From the IMG/VR virus record IMGVR_UViG_3300035180_001778, positions 248,001 through 312,000 of that record: DNA of 64,000 nt; one strand, 5' to 3'. Shown here in pieces: positions 16,638 through 27,800 of this stretch; positions within the stretch are counted from its first letter, which is position 1; each line of letters opens with the position of its first letter. The notes beneath the pieces are model-generated. The model saw nothing but the letters and a program-made list of their open reading frames with translations. It was not told where the DNA came from and searched no databases. The translations under genes and the position numbers were made by a program.

Positions 16638-16709
16638 TAGTGGGGAGCTAGGGACTCGAACCCTAGTCGATCGCGTTTACAGCGCGGCGTGCCACCTTGG
16701 CTACTCCCC
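16638..16709 (-). tRNA. tRNA-Tyr(GTA), no long variable arm
   Basis: CGCG-CTGTAAA-CGCG. Confidence 0.7.
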
Positions 16710-16711
16710 AT

Positions 16712-16792
16712 TGGACCAGATTTGCAGGATTCGAACCTGCTTGCATCGTACCCTGGACCAGAGGCGATGCAATCCCAAATCGGAATCCGGTC
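16712..16792 (-). ncRNA. tRNA-like RNA with extended anticodon arm
   Basis: 9-bp GACCGGATT/AATCTGGTC stem, canonical T arm, TTGCATCG/CGATGCAA arm. Confidence 0.5.
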
Positions 16793-16816
16793 ACAACCGG
16801 CTGTTACACCGGATGT

Positions 16817-16893
16817 TGGCGATGTGTGAGGGAATCGAACCCTCCATGTCCCGCTTAACAGGCGGTCGCATTCACCAGATTTGCTTACACACC
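16817..16893 (-). tRNA. tRNA-Asn(GTT)
   Basis: Loop CT-GTT-AA, GCCA. Confidence 0.85.
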
Positions 16894-17053
16894 ATTTGTG
16901 AGATTGGGCCGGAATCGAACCGGCACCTCTTCCCTCTTGCGAGGCGTAATAACGGGGACTCCCCGTATGTGCTCCCTCTGGGCTGTTAGACCCTTACACC
17001 ACCAACCTCGGGTTCTTGTACAGAAAGAGACCCGAAACGATCAACCAAAATCG

Positions 17054-17128
17054 TAGCTCCGGAGGCAGGAGTCGAACCTGCGATAGTCGAGTTAACAGCT
17101 CGGTGCCTTGCCTCTTGGCTACTCCGGA
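17054..17128 (-). tRNA. tRNA-Asn(GTT)
   Basis: Loop CT-GTT-AA. Confidence 0.9.
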
Positions 17129-17135
17129 ATGCGTG

Positions 17136-17185
17136 AGAAAAAACGGGGTGGGGCAAGAACCCTTGTGAGGCGCAAGCCCCACCCC
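17136..17185 (-). terminator. intrinsic terminator
   Basis: GGGGTGGGGC...GCCCCACCCC followed by a T run. Confidence 0.55.
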
Positions 17186-17341
17186 TACACGGACGTTAGG
17201 AGAGGAGGGCGACCGATGCCAGGCGCGTGCGAGAGACCCTTCCAGAGCATCATCACGCGGACATTCACCCCCACATCGCAGGGAGCACGGTGCCGTTCCA
17301 AGTCCTACTAGGTTGTCAGAGATCAATCCCCCGAAGAGGAT

Positions 17342-17412
17342 TAGCTGAGGCGGAAGGACTCGAACCTTCGTGAACGGTGTCAGAGACCGTCTGCCCGCCT
17401 TGGGGCGCCTCA
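17342..17412 (-). tRNA. tRNA-Gln(CTG)
   Basis: ACGGT-CTCTGAC-ACCGT, U1-A72. Confidence 0.8.
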
Positions 17413-17415
17413 ATG

Positions 17416-17490
17416 GGTGGGTCTAGAGAGAATCGAACTCTCGCTGTCGTAGGGTAAGAACCTACCGCTCTACCACTGAGCTACAAACCC
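17416..17490 (-). tRNA. tRNA-Lys(CTT)
   Basis: GTAGG-TTCTTAC-CCTAC. Confidence 0.85.
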
Positions 17491-17495
17491 ATTCG

Positions 17496-17567
17496 TGAAC
17501 CTGGAGGGAGTCGGACCCTCTACGCGCGGATTAAAAGGCCGCCGTTCTACCGTTGAACTACAGGTCA
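17496..17567 (-). tRNA. tRNA-Lys(TTT)
   Basis: Loop CT-TTT-AA. Confidence 0.8.
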
Positions 17568-17617
17568 ACGTCTGCTCCTTGTTTTGGACTCTGTTTCATC
17601 TGCTTCCTCTTTCTCAG

Positions 17618-17701
17618 TAGTGCCGCCGTGTGGAGTCGAACCACCTAGCCTAAGCCCGACGTTTACAGCGTCAGTCTCCTCCCGGGAAGAACCCCGTCGG
17701 C
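17618..17701 (-). tRNA. tRNA-Tyr(GTA)
   Basis: TGACG-CTGTAAA-CGTCG with variable arm. Confidence 0.7.
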
Positions 17702-18052
17702 ATGATTTTCGTACCCAAACGTTTGAAGGCCGCTCCCGGTTTCCCGAGGCGGCCTTCTTGTACCCGAGTGGGTGGTGTAGAAGGATCCGCCTCTAGGGCT
17801 TGAACTCCGGGTTCGCGAAGCGAACGATGGGGGCCAAACCGCAGGAATGATCGAGATACTGCTGTCCGAGCACAGACCAGATCGCCAGCGTTGCCGCCGT
17901 GCGTTCCGTTTCGGTCTGTTGATTCGTGGGTTTCATTGCTCGGTTCTTCGTGGTCGAGAGCACCGCTGCTCTCTGTCCCACATCTAGTACACCACCTTCG
18001 ACGGTCAAGCCAAGAAAAAAGCTCACGGGGTCATCTTTTTCTTGCGTGGGCT

Positions 18053-18290
18053 TCAGCCCTCGATGGCGTCGAGGATCTCGGCGAGAATCCGGGCCGCTCG
18101 GTCGTCACCACCAAAGGCAGCCCAGTTCGAGTGTACCGAGGTCCCAGCCTCCCTTCCCCTCTCCCAGCCGCCACGGACGAATCCGTTGGGAGTTGCGAGA
18201 ATACAGGTGGCCTTCGTGAGGGAGGGCCGGATCCGTGTAGGTGATCTCCAGGAGGTATTTGTCCCCGTCGATCTCGAACTTGGTTTCCAT
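18053..18290 (-). pseudogene. small hypothetical protein, probable frameshift
   Basis: Promoter motif upstream of ATG 18290; coding signal appears to continue in a second frame. Confidence 0.4.
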
Positions 18291-18355
18291 GCCGTCTCTA
18301 CATAGAGTCGAGCGAGACGATCAACCAGAAAGTTCCTTTCGGAAAGCCTAGCAAG

Positions 18356-18973
18356 ATGAATGAGATCCCGGAAAAGGTGAGAAGCTTCCTCAAGGGGGCC
18401 TCCGATGCGACGCAGCCTCAGCAGAGCCGGTTCCGCTGCCGCATCTTCGGGAGCGAGTGGAACGCGTTCGTCGAGGAATGGGCCACCAAGAGCTTCATCT
18501 TCGTGGGGCACGCGCTCGGGCCCTACGGGAGGCAGCCCTTGCCTGAGATCCTCCCCCTGCCTGACGGGATGCACTCCGCCGGGGCCACGGCGAGCTTCGA
18601 CATGAACAGCGGCCAGATGTGCCTCTCCTCCTCAGTAGAGGGGAAGGTGGGGCAGACGTTGGAGAAGCTGACGCACGAGCTGACGCACGCCTCCCTGGCT
18701 CAGTTCCCCGAAGGCGACCCCTTCTACGAGGAGAGCGTTGTGGATTACTCCGTGTGGGTCATGGCCCATGCCCCACTCTGGGGAGAGCATCGGGATCCCA
18801 TGATCGATGCAGCCAGCTTCAACATTCGAATGAGGCGGGACCGAGCCCTGCACACGCACACGGATTACGATGCGAAACGTTGGATGGGAGGCCTCTTCGC
18901 GTCGTTGACGTACGGCCCCTACATTATCTCCCGATTGAGGATGAAGAAGCAGTCGGGGGACTATTCCTGGTAG
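18356..18973 (+). CDS. zincin-like metallopeptidase
   Basis: HELTH plus downstream EE. Confidence 0.65.
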   Translation: MNEIPEKVRSFLKGASDATQPQQSRFRCRIFGSEWNAFVEEWATKSFIFVGHALGPYGRQPLPEILPLPDGMHSAGATASFDMNSGQMCLSSSVEGKVGQTLEKLTHELTHASLAQFPEGDPFYEESVVDYSVWVMAHAPLWGEHRDPMIDAASFNIRMRRDRALHTHTDYDAKRWMGGLFASLTYGPYIISRLRMKKQSGDYSW

Positions 18974-18974
18974 C

Positions 18975-19595
18975 TTATAGCAAGCCCTTCTTCTTCAGGT
19001 TCTCGTACCGCCTTCGGGTGTTCTCAACGAATTCCGCTTGTGTCTGAGCCCTCTTCTCCCTGTTACAAGACGTGCAACATGAGACACAGTTGTCTGACAC
19101 GTACCCCTTCAGGTTGTCCACCCGATCGATCCCATTGCGTTTCAACCCCAGCATTCCGATCCCTTGCGGAGTCTGATGGGGCGAACGTCCACAATAGAAG
19201 CATTCGGAGGTCACCAACTGAATGTACTCATCCAGGTTCAACCTCCAAATAAGGGAGGGGTGCTCAGAATGGGGCTTCCCTGGTGCTGCCTGAAATTGGT
19301 TGGAGCCCAGTTTCCCTGTGACCTTTCGATTTGTGCGGTATCCCAGTTTACGTACGTAAAAAGACATATCCGCAAGCCAAGGTTCCCGTTCGGTTTTGAG
19401 GGCCCTGTTAGAAGCTGCAAGCTTCTCCTTGTGCAGACATCCACACGAGGTCGTGTTTTCAGTGCGTAAGTTTGTGCCCGAGTAGAACCTAACCGTCCCA
19501 CATGTACACAAGCACTCCCACATACACGGCTTCGTTGCCTTGCGAAGCACCTGCAAACGACCGAAAGTCTGGCCCGTGATGTCAATCAACTTCAT
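18975..19595 (-). CDS. HNH homing endonuclease
   Basis: DITGQTFGRL, CFYCG, GIDRVDNLKGYVSDNCVSCCTSCN. Confidence 0.85.
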   Translation of the reverse strand: MKLIDITGQTFGRLQVLRKATKPCMWECLCTCGTVRFYSGTNLRTENTTSCGCLHKEKLAASNRALKTEREPWLADMSFYVRKLGYRTNRKVTGKLGSNQFQAAPGKPHSEHPSLIWRLNLDEYIQLVTSECFYCGRSPHQTPQGIGMLGLKRNGIDRVDNLKGYVSDNCVSCCTSCNREKRAQTQAEFVENTRRRYENLKKKGLL

Positions 19596-19714
19596 AACTT
19601 GTACGACATATAAGGCGAATAATACCGTACAAGCGATGCTATCCAGGGGACCCTTCCTGATCCCGGGCCTCCGGCAGAAGAAGATCGAGCAGAACTTCAC
19701 CTGGTGACCCTCGC

Positions 19715-20068
19715 ATGCTGAAACTCTTCCACGAGACACCCTCTTCCAACGTTTCTCAGATGAGAGCCGACGGATTCTTCAAATCCAACATCTATTCCGC
19801 CAGATGGTACACATTTACCGAAAGCTTCGAGGGGGCCCTTCGCTACACAGGGGGGGACCACGATCGGGTAGTCCTGGAATTCCAGTTGCCTCCCGCTGCG
19901 GTGAAAGAGTTTCTGTGGAAGTACCCCGGCACCACAGACTTCTACGGTCGCGCCTGGGCTCTACGGAAGCCCCTGCCCATCGAATACCTCAAGAAGGTGC
20001 ATCCGGTCCCGAAGGACTTCGAGATGCCCGACCATGGGGAGCCACTACTTTCCTACGATCGACGTTGA
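19715..20068 (+). CDS. ADP-ribosyltransferase-fold protein (Tpt1/DUF952-like, putative)
   Basis: LFHET...GF...YTFT...ALRY...VVLEF...LPIEYL pattern. Confidence 0.5.
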   Translation: MLKLFHETPSSNVSQMRADGFFKSNIYSARWYTFTESFEGALRYTGGDHDRVVLEFQLPPAAVKEFLWKYPGTTDFYGRAWALRKPLPIEYLKKVHPVPKDFEMPDHGEPLLSYDRR

Positions 20069-20101
20069 TCCGAACCTCGCACAGCCTGTAGAAAGACTCC
20101 C

Positions 20102-20722
20102 ATGGCATACTCCTACGATTGCAGGGCTACCCAAATCTCACCGGAACTCCCCGACCCGGAGCTGTTTAGGCGTATGGCCATCACCGCTATCAAGCGAGTT
20201 GGTGCTGGTCTTCGCCCGTTGGGGTTCGACCGGATTACAAAGTACAACTCCCAAACGCGAATCGATAAGGATTCCCACGGCATACACGGGACTTTCTTCC
20301 TCCAATTTGCAGACGCCAAAATTAATTCGGCATACCACCCAGGAATCAACTTCTACTGGGACTTGTCGAAGGAACTGGGAACAGTCAGCACCTCCAATTT
20401 GGTCTGGCCGAGCAAGCGTTATGAGCATCTCCCGCTGGCCAAGATGGCGGACGCGATGCTCGACGCCGCAGACGATATTGTCAAAGACCTCAAACGACAG
20501 CTCAACAAATCGGAATCCGAAGAAGCCTGGTCCGTCGTTACTTTGGGCAATAGCCACGGATACGCGACCGAAGTTCAGACTTTCGCCTCCAAGGCGAAGG
20601 CTGAACTTGAGGCTCAAAACCTTGGCAACTGCTACCTTGTGAAGGGGACTCAGATGTGGAACGAACCCCTGGGGCAGGTCGAGGAGCATGACCGACCTGC
20701 CCCCTCCAAGTTCTTCCCCTAG
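20102..20722 (+). CDS. hypothetical protein
   Basis: Promoter motif 20064-20091 upstream. Confidence 0.6.
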   Translation: MAYSYDCRATQISPELPDPELFRRMAITAIKRVGAGLRPLGFDRITKYNSQTRIDKDSHGIHGTFFLQFADAKINSAYHPGINFYWDLSKELGTVSTSNLVWPSKRYEHLPLAKMADAMLDAADDIVKDLKRQLNKSESEEAWSVVTLGNSHGYATEVQTFASKAKAELEAQNLGNCYLVKGTQMWNEPLGQVEEHDRPAPSKFFP

Positions 20723-20793
20723 ATATACAGAGAGGCCACTACTTTCCTACGATCGACGTTGATCCGGACCGCCCCCGAGTTGTAGGACACTCC

Positions 20794-21012
20794 ATGCGTA
20801 TCAAGTGGAAGTTGTCCCGCAAGCCGACGAACCCGGCGATGCTCAAGCTGGGTCGCGTAGCGATGCTCTACGTGGACGGCGTGTTGAAGGGCCGGGTCTT
20901 CCAAACCAAGGATGGCCGTTGGGGCTCCGCCCTCTACTCGGAGGGCATGAAGACGACGGAATCCCGTCATCGAGTCGATGCCAAGATGAACCTCGAACTC
21001 AAAGTAGCATGA
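20794..21012 (+). CDS. hypothetical protein
   Basis: Promoter motif 20758-20785 upstream. Confidence 0.55.
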   Translation: MRIKWKLSRKPTNPAMLKLGRVAMLYVDGVLKGRVFQTKDGRWGSALYSEGMKTTESRHRVDAKMNLELKVA

Positions 21013-21191
21013 CGAACATCGAAACCCCCTCCTTCTCAGTCGAAGACTACGAGCACATCGCAGGGTCGAGCATGCCTCCGGAGCGGCTCGCCGAAATCTA
21101 CGGCGTCACCCACCAGACGGTGAACAAGATCCAGATGGGCAAGATGACCTACTTCGAGGTGCTCAACAGCCTCAAGAAGCCGGCCACCTGA
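21009..21191 (+). CDS. small HTH protein
   Basis: LAEIYGVTHQTVNKI. Confidence 0.55.
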   Translation: MTNIETPSFSVEDYEHIAGSSMPPERLAEIYGVTHQTVNKIQMGKMTYFEVLNSLKKPAT

Positions 21192-21193
21192 CC

Positions 21194-21610
21194 ATGGCTC
21201 GCAGCGTCCTACCCTGGTTCGTCTACCTCATTCACAGCGAGTCGACAGGTCACCTCTACGTTGGGGTGACCACCGATCCCACTCGCCGCCTGGCAGAGCA
21301 CAACGGGAAGGGGAAGCGAGGGGCAAGGTACACCCGCAAGGGCCGCCCCTGGATTCGCCTCTACCTGGAATCTGCGATCGACCGCGTAGCCGCCATGAAG
21401 CGAGAATACGCGATCAAGAGGTTCCACCGGCCCAAGAAGTTCGCCCTGGTCGACAGCCCGACGAACATCAACGAGGCCTTCCTCAAAAGTCGTCTCCCAG
21501 CTTCCCCCACGCCGGAGAACGAACCACCGGAGCCTTCGCCTCCTCGTGATCATCCTCCAGCCGGTGAAGCAGCTCCAGGAACAGCGTCGTCGACTTCTGC
21601 TCCGCCGTGA
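21194..21610 (+). CDS. GIY-YIG endonuclease
   Basis: VYLI..LYVGVT..RRLAEHN..GARYTR..EYAIK. Confidence 0.9.
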   Translation: MARSVLPWFVYLIHSESTGHLYVGVTTDPTRRLAEHNGKGKRGARYTRKGRPWIRLYLESAIDRVAAMKREYAIKRFHRPKKFALVDSPTNINEAFLKSRLPASPTPENEPPEPSPPRDHPPAGEAAPGTASSTSAPP

Positions 21611-21735
21611 CTTCCGTGCGTCGTGAAGGAAACGGAGGACCCTCTTCCGATCGCTCCGCTCCAAGCTCTGAAACCATTCAGTCGTTTGCATGGGATGTCT
21701 TACACCATCCCACATGTAGGTGCTAACGATTTCGG

Positions 21736-23556
21736 CTAGAATTCCTGATCCAGCTCTGCCAGGAGGTTGAAGGTCTCCCTATCCCTCCGCTGGGCCAGCT
21801 CTTCCGCAGCAACGAACCGTACGCGCTCCGAAGAGATCCGGGTGTACTCAGCCTCCCGCTCGATGCCAACGAAGCTCATCCCCTCCTGAAGAGCCGCCAC
21901 GAGCGTGGAGCCGGAGCCGGAGAATGGATCCAGGACGATGCCTCCCTTCGGGGTGACGAGCCGGATCAGGTAGCGCATGAGCTTGAGGCTCTTGACAGTT
22001 GGATGCGTGTTTTTGCTCAGGGATCCGGCCGTCTCTTCCCACTCGGGGTTGGCGCACACGCAGTGAGGCTGCCCGAACTTCACCCGATGGCAGAGGGTAC
22101 AACGCCGGTTGCTCTGGGTGCTGATCTTCGAGTCCTCGATGGAGTGCATCGCACGAGCTTCCGACGTGAGCCCCGCCTCCCTCTCGCTCCGAGCTGCTTT
22201 CGCCACGTAGAAGAACGGGGGGTCGTGCTCGAACGTCTTGAAGAACCTGGAGACGCCGCCCGAATCCCCGTGCTGGTTCGAGGGACCAGATCGTCCCCGA
22301 AGGAATACAGTGGCCGAGTCTCCGTCGTAGGCCTCGACTTCCACCTTCATTGCCCCTGAAGTGGTCGTCCCGTTCTGCTCGTCGAGCATCCTCACGGGGC
22401 ACTCGGGCGAGCACTCCCAGTTCGCCACCGTCTCGTTGCCGTTTGCGTCAGCGAGTCGAGCTTGCGTCGGAACAGCCTCGTCGAGCTTGTCGTCTCGGTA
22501 ATGAGACCAGAGGCGTCCGGCCCCTTCCTTGTTCGCGGGCACATCTCGGGTTCCAGCTCGGACGCATCCAGGCGCGTGGCTGAGGACGAGGTTCGAGGGC
22601 CAGCGTCCCGAGGGATGACATGGGACGCCATTGCCAACCGGAAGCCACGTCTTGACTTCCGCATCTTGGGCGGCATGTCCGCTCCTCTTCCAGGACTCGG
22701 GCCGATCGGGCTCATTCCAATCGGTATAGACCCGGCACCCGTCGATGTTCATCGCTCCGGTCCCGGTCTTCTTGACCTGGTTCGCGACGGTCGACTCTTC
22801 GAGAGGCTTCCGGCAGATCCACCAGACTTCCACGGCCGGCTTCAGAGCTGTCCCCCATCCTTCCCAGAGCTTGGCCTCCTCGGTTGAAGGCGCCGTGACT
22901 TGATTCGCTTCCTGCCAGTTATTTCCTTCGACAGCAAGCTGAGAGCTTCGAGACCGTGCCATACTAGGCCCCAAAACCGTATTGGACGTCCCCACCACCT
23001 CACGAACGGCTCCAGCCATCTTGTCGAGAGCCTTCCCGACGGAGAGAGACTTCGGGAACCCGCTGCCGAAGAGGTGAAGGAGGAACTCATCTGTGGGCGA
23101 GCATCGCTGGAGAAGCTCGTTCTGCTCCGGAGATAGGCTCGCAAGGAACGCCTCGATCTCCAGGCTTCGGGGCTTCACATGGTAGATGCAGTCGCGGATC
23201 TCGAAGCCCGCGTTCTCCAGGGCCATCGCCGTCCAGTGTGACGTTCGAGGAAGAGCCCAGACGACCGCGTGTCCTCCTGGCTTGAGAACTCGGAAGCTCT
23301 CCCGTAGGACCTTCTCCATGAAGGAGATGAATCCCGTTCGCTGTTGCAGCCGGCGACTCGTCTCTTTGGTGTCAGTGTCCCCTCCAAGGATGGTCGCGTT
23401 GTCCCAGTCCTTCCCCATGAAGTCGATCCCAGCAGGTTATGGGGGGTCCGTGACCACAGAGTCGACGGACCCCGCGGGGAGAATACGTAGAACCTCCCGG
23501 CTATCCCCCTGGTACAACTGGCCCCATTCCTCATCGATGATGTGTTCGTGTCCCAT
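21736..23556 (-). CDS. N4/N6 DNA methyltransferase with in-frame TAA in the DPP motif
   Basis: GDSREVL..VVTDPP*PAGIDFMG; HPTVK, LDPFSGSGST. Confidence 0.85.
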
Positions 23557-23581
23557 GATTACCTTATGAATCCCTCTAGGC

Positions 23582-24316
23582 ATGCAGAAAGCTTGCCCTG
23601 TTTGCTCCTCGATCTACGAAGCTGACCCGAAGAGACTGCTTCACGGGAGACAGACGACATGTAGCAGGTCATGCTCATACAAGTATCGACAACCCTCACA
23701 GGCCATCGAAAAAACTTGTACGTCATGTGGGCGCATCTACACCAGAAGTCCGAGTCACGTGAAGGCAAAACACGGAGCCGAATACTGTTCACGTCCTTGT
23801 CATTTCAAGGGAAGAACCATGGGGTTGACACCCAGAGAAGTAACTCACCCATACGAGTACACACCAGAGTCAAAAGCGAAACAGATTGCTTCAGCGCGAA
23901 CTCCTCAGGGTAAGCGAGTCTTCCACCCTCTAACGTGCCTCAACTGCAAGTCCCTATTCGAGGATCCCAATTGGGGCAGGCACCGCAAGAGCGGTATGAT
24001 CTTCTGTTCTCTCCTATGCTGCAACAACTATCGCAAGGGTGAGAAGAACCCTGCTTGGCGAGGAGGGCACCCAAGTTATTACGGCCCCGATTGGAGTAGA
24101 ATGAGACGCGAGACTCTGCAACGCGATAACCACACATGCCAGCGTTGCAAAGCTACCCCAAAAGGGAGACGACATGACGTCCATCATATCAAGCCTGTGG
24201 TTACATTTGAGAACCCAAACGATGCACACACGATAGAGAATCTTATCACCCTGTGCCGTCCGTGTCACATGCGGGTAGAATGGCACGGAGTAGATTGGGA
24301 TCTACCCCAGCTCTAA
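23582..24316 (+). CDS. HNH endonuclease with repeated zinc ribbons
   Basis: CxxC/CSxxC repeats; RDNHTCQRC, VHHIKP, NLITLCRPCH. Confidence 0.85.
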   Translation: MQKACPVCSSIYEADPKRLLHGRQTTCSRSCSYKYRQPSQAIEKTCTSCGRIYTRSPSHVKAKHGAEYCSRPCHFKGRTMGLTPREVTHPYEYTPESKAKQIASARTPQGKRVFHPLTCLNCKSLFEDPNWGRHRKSGMIFCSLLCCNNYRKGEKNPAWRGGHPSYYGPDWSRMRRETLQRDNHTCQRCKATPKGRRHDVHHIKPVVTFENPNDAHTIENLITLCRPCHMRVEWHGVDWDLPQL

Positions 24317-24881
24317 CCAGGGCATTATGCAGGACAAGTTTTTGTCTATCAGTAACGAAAAGAGCACCCTCAGACCCGTACGCTTCGTCCCCTGCTTCTT
24401 TTTGACCCAAAACAAAATTGTCAACGCCCCGTATGAGGACGTAAATGGAAGCGATGCTGGCCAGAGTCATCTGTATTCCAACATGCATTGTCGAAGCATA
24501 AAGGACGCCCGAGAGCCCCACAATTAGTTCGATAATTGCGTACCATGTTCTACGGAAAGTACGAAGTGCGTACAAGAGGATACTCCCCATCACGAGGATC
24601 AAAGTAACTACTGCTCTTACTGCAAAAGGCTGCGTTGAAGGGCCCAAGACCCAACGCGCACAAATACAAGCAACCCCCAGCATGAGTCCGAGCGTGAGTC
24701 CGACCCAAACAAGAAGAGCGAGACGGGTTTGGCGTACTATTACTACAAGACTTTCGCGCACTTCACGCAAAGCAGTCGGTAGCCCAAGAACAAATCTCTC
24801 TGTTTCGACTGTGTGGTTCCACAGGGACAAGAATTTGTGGGCGGGCACGTAAGATTTAAAAAACAGGCTCAGTTTTTTCAT
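24246..24881 (-). CDS. membrane protein
   Basis: About 4 hydrophobic segments; lower GC. Confidence 0.5.
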   Translation of the reverse strand: MKKLSLFFKSYVPAHKFLSLWNHTVETERFVLGLPTALREVRESLVVIVRQTRLALLVWVGLTLGLMLGVACICARWVLGPSTQPFAVRAVVTLILVMGSILLYALRTFRRTWYAIIELIVGLSGVLYASTMHVGIQMTLASIASIYVLIRGVDNFVLGQKEAGDEAYGSEGALFVTDRQKLVLHNALVRAGVDPNLLRAILPACDTDGTG

Positions 24882-24885
24882 AGGG

Positions 24886-27800
24886 TCACCCGAGAGACAT
24901 CGCGAACTCGAAGAGGTCCGCTTCCGTGACAATGGGAGGAGGAAGGTGCTTCACCACCGGGATGAAAGCTTTTTTGGCCTTGGGGATCATGGGGAGATCG
25001 CGCCCCGACACGATCATCTCGTAAATCTGACGACCGACCGAGAAGGCTGAGAAGCCGTCATCGTTTCCGATACCCGCCGCCAGAAGAGCAGCTTCCGCGT
25101 CGAGCCCATCCGTCGACATCGAGACAGCCACCTTGTGCATGAGGAGCGAGTGCGTGTGTTGCTGCGTCGTCCCACCATAGACAGGGAAGCGAACCCGCGT
25201 GGGCTTGTCCTGCCCAACGCGATCGATACGGCCGTCCGCCTGACGCTTCGTCACCGGGTTACACGCCGGGTTCTGCATCCAAATGGACGTAGAGAAGTAG
25301 ATCAGGTTGTTGAGCCCTGTCTGCACACAGACAGGGTTGACGACCAGGACCCGAGCCTTCTTGGCCACGACCTCACGGTTGATCCAGCTCTGCCGCTTGC
25401 CCGTCGAGACCTTGTCCGGGTTCAAGATCGGAACGACACCCCCAATACGCTCCTGAATGATCCGAGCGAGCCGGGGAAGAAGAACCGTGTGCCAGCCGAA
25501 GACCATCACGTTCCGGCCTTCCTTCAGCTCTTCCTCGATGGTGTCGAGCATCCATGCCTCTTTCGGCAAGATGGTTGACGCAGGGAACGATGCGACGCTC
25601 GCAACCAGGCCCCCACCACACGATTCAGGGTAACGGATTGCGTAGGAACCATCTTCCTGGTTCCCAGTGTCCGCCGTCGCCAGGTCAAGGTAGCTCGGAA
25701 GCTCCGAGAGGGCGCCCATAAGCTTCCCCGCCTTGCCTTCCTTGCTGTAGCGGTCCGCCTTGATCTGAGCGATCAGAACATCTTGCAGATGCTTGTACCG
25801 CTTCATCAACTCCGAATCCGCCTCGACGGATTCAACCATCTCGGAGCACGTCGGGATGTTGATCCCAAGGTCAGACTTGTGGAGCGTGACGGCAATCGGG
25901 AGAAGATGCTTCAGGACAAGGAGCGGGAGGACCCCAGGCGCGTTGCCGATGATCCGCTCTTTCCGATCGACACGATCGGTGACACTTCCGAACTCGACGA
26001 CCTTTTTATCCTCGCCTCGATCCTCGACGATCCGCTTCCGGTAGCCGTAGCGCCCCACAAACTTCGTGAGTTCGTCGCGAGAGAACTCTGCCCGGAAAGC
26101 CGGAGAGAGCGCCCACAGGTTCGTGAAGAGACTCGCGGCGTACCCATTCATCACGGTGCCCGTCAGGAGCATCGTAGGGATACCCAGGCCCGTCAGCCGA
26201 TGAGCGGCCCGTTCCTGTGCGGATCCATCCGTCGCGTACTCATGCCCTTCATCGAGGGCGAGAACATCGAACAGCCAAGGGAACTTCTTCGAGATGTAGA
26301 GCGCCAGGGGATAGCGCATGGGAGTAGGCCGTGCCTCGAAGAGCTGCTCCCCACACTCATCAGGCTCTTCGCCCTTCATTCGCTTCTTGAAGGGCTTGTC
26401 TTCCATCAAGGCAGCGACCGCAGAGACCACCGCTTCCGGGATCGTCGGGATCTTCCGCCACAGGAGGGAACCCTCCGTCGTCATGGTGATATCGGGCCAT
26501 GAATCGTAGAAGGTAGCAGTCTCCTCCTTGTACAGAGAACTGTACTTGGCTTCCACCCGCGTCCCGTAATCTCGCGGACCCGAGTAGTACGACACGTGGG
26601 CAGAGTCTTTCCCAGGGTACAACCCCCAAAGAACCGCCGTCAACTTCTTGCGATCCTCCTCGTCATCGATCAAGAGGGCAAGGCTCACGAGCCGTTCACG
26701 AACATTGGCCCACACCCCCCAAGTCTCCTTGTCCTCAGCGAGGGTGGCCACGTACATACGCTCAGCCACCGTTGCGATGAGCTGCGGGTCAGGGTTCGCG
26801 ATCAGGAGGTACTCAATTGCCGCCACGACATTGAGGCTGGGGAGGAACGGAATGAGCCGGTTGATGATACCGGGGAGAGCAGGGGCCGCCTTCTCCCAAG
26901 CGTCAGCCGGCTTCTCACGACGCCGAAGCATTGTCGTCCACTTCCGAAGGGGACGGCTCCAGAGCAATTGCCGAAGCCGAGCGGCATCGGGGAAAGCAGG
27001 GACCATTGCAATCGCGAGGTCCTGGAGAATCTTCCCGAGATCACTCACGATGATCGGGACGACCTTGCATCGAGCCCGTTGCTTGGCGAGGTCCTCACCA
27101 ACAGGAACTTCCCCACCACATTTGGGGCAGAAGTTCTCGACCGACCCCCAAGTGTGCCCGAGCTTCGCCGTCTCACGCGAGAGAATCGAGATCACCACGT
27201 CATCGCTCTTGTCCCGAGCGAGGGCCTGGACATCCGACACACTCGTCAGAACAACGATCCGGGCATGAGGTGCGACCGCTTGGATCTGCTCTTTCCACCC
27301 ATCGAGGAGGTGAGGCGGGCACATCACGAGCATCCGCTTGGCCCCGATAGACAGCGCCACGTAGATCGCCAGCGTCGTCTTCCCGGATCCGATCTCCCCG
27401 AGAACGAAGACAGTCTTCCCCCGACGGTGCTCCTTCTTGGCATGGACACCCCCAAGAAGCTTCACGGCAGCTTGCGCAGCTTGATGCTGCGCATAGAACA
27501 TCTCCCGGTTGAGCTGCGGCAAGGCGATCTGATCCTCGGCAAGACCAGGGTTGTGCAACACCGGGCATTGCTTGAGCATGACCTCCATGAGGCCCCGCCC
27601 GTAGTATTCGAGGAGGTCCGCCATGGTCATCTCAGCGACCTTGCGGGTATTCGTCTTGTCCGCCGACGCCTTGATCGTGACGTACTGGTACGTCGAGAGA
27701 TCAAGAACGGTCGTGACGAGCTTGGGTTGCTGGACTTGAATCTCAGCGACCTTCTCTCCATCCGAGTTGTGCTTCTCGTCAACCGTCCGGTACTCCCGGT

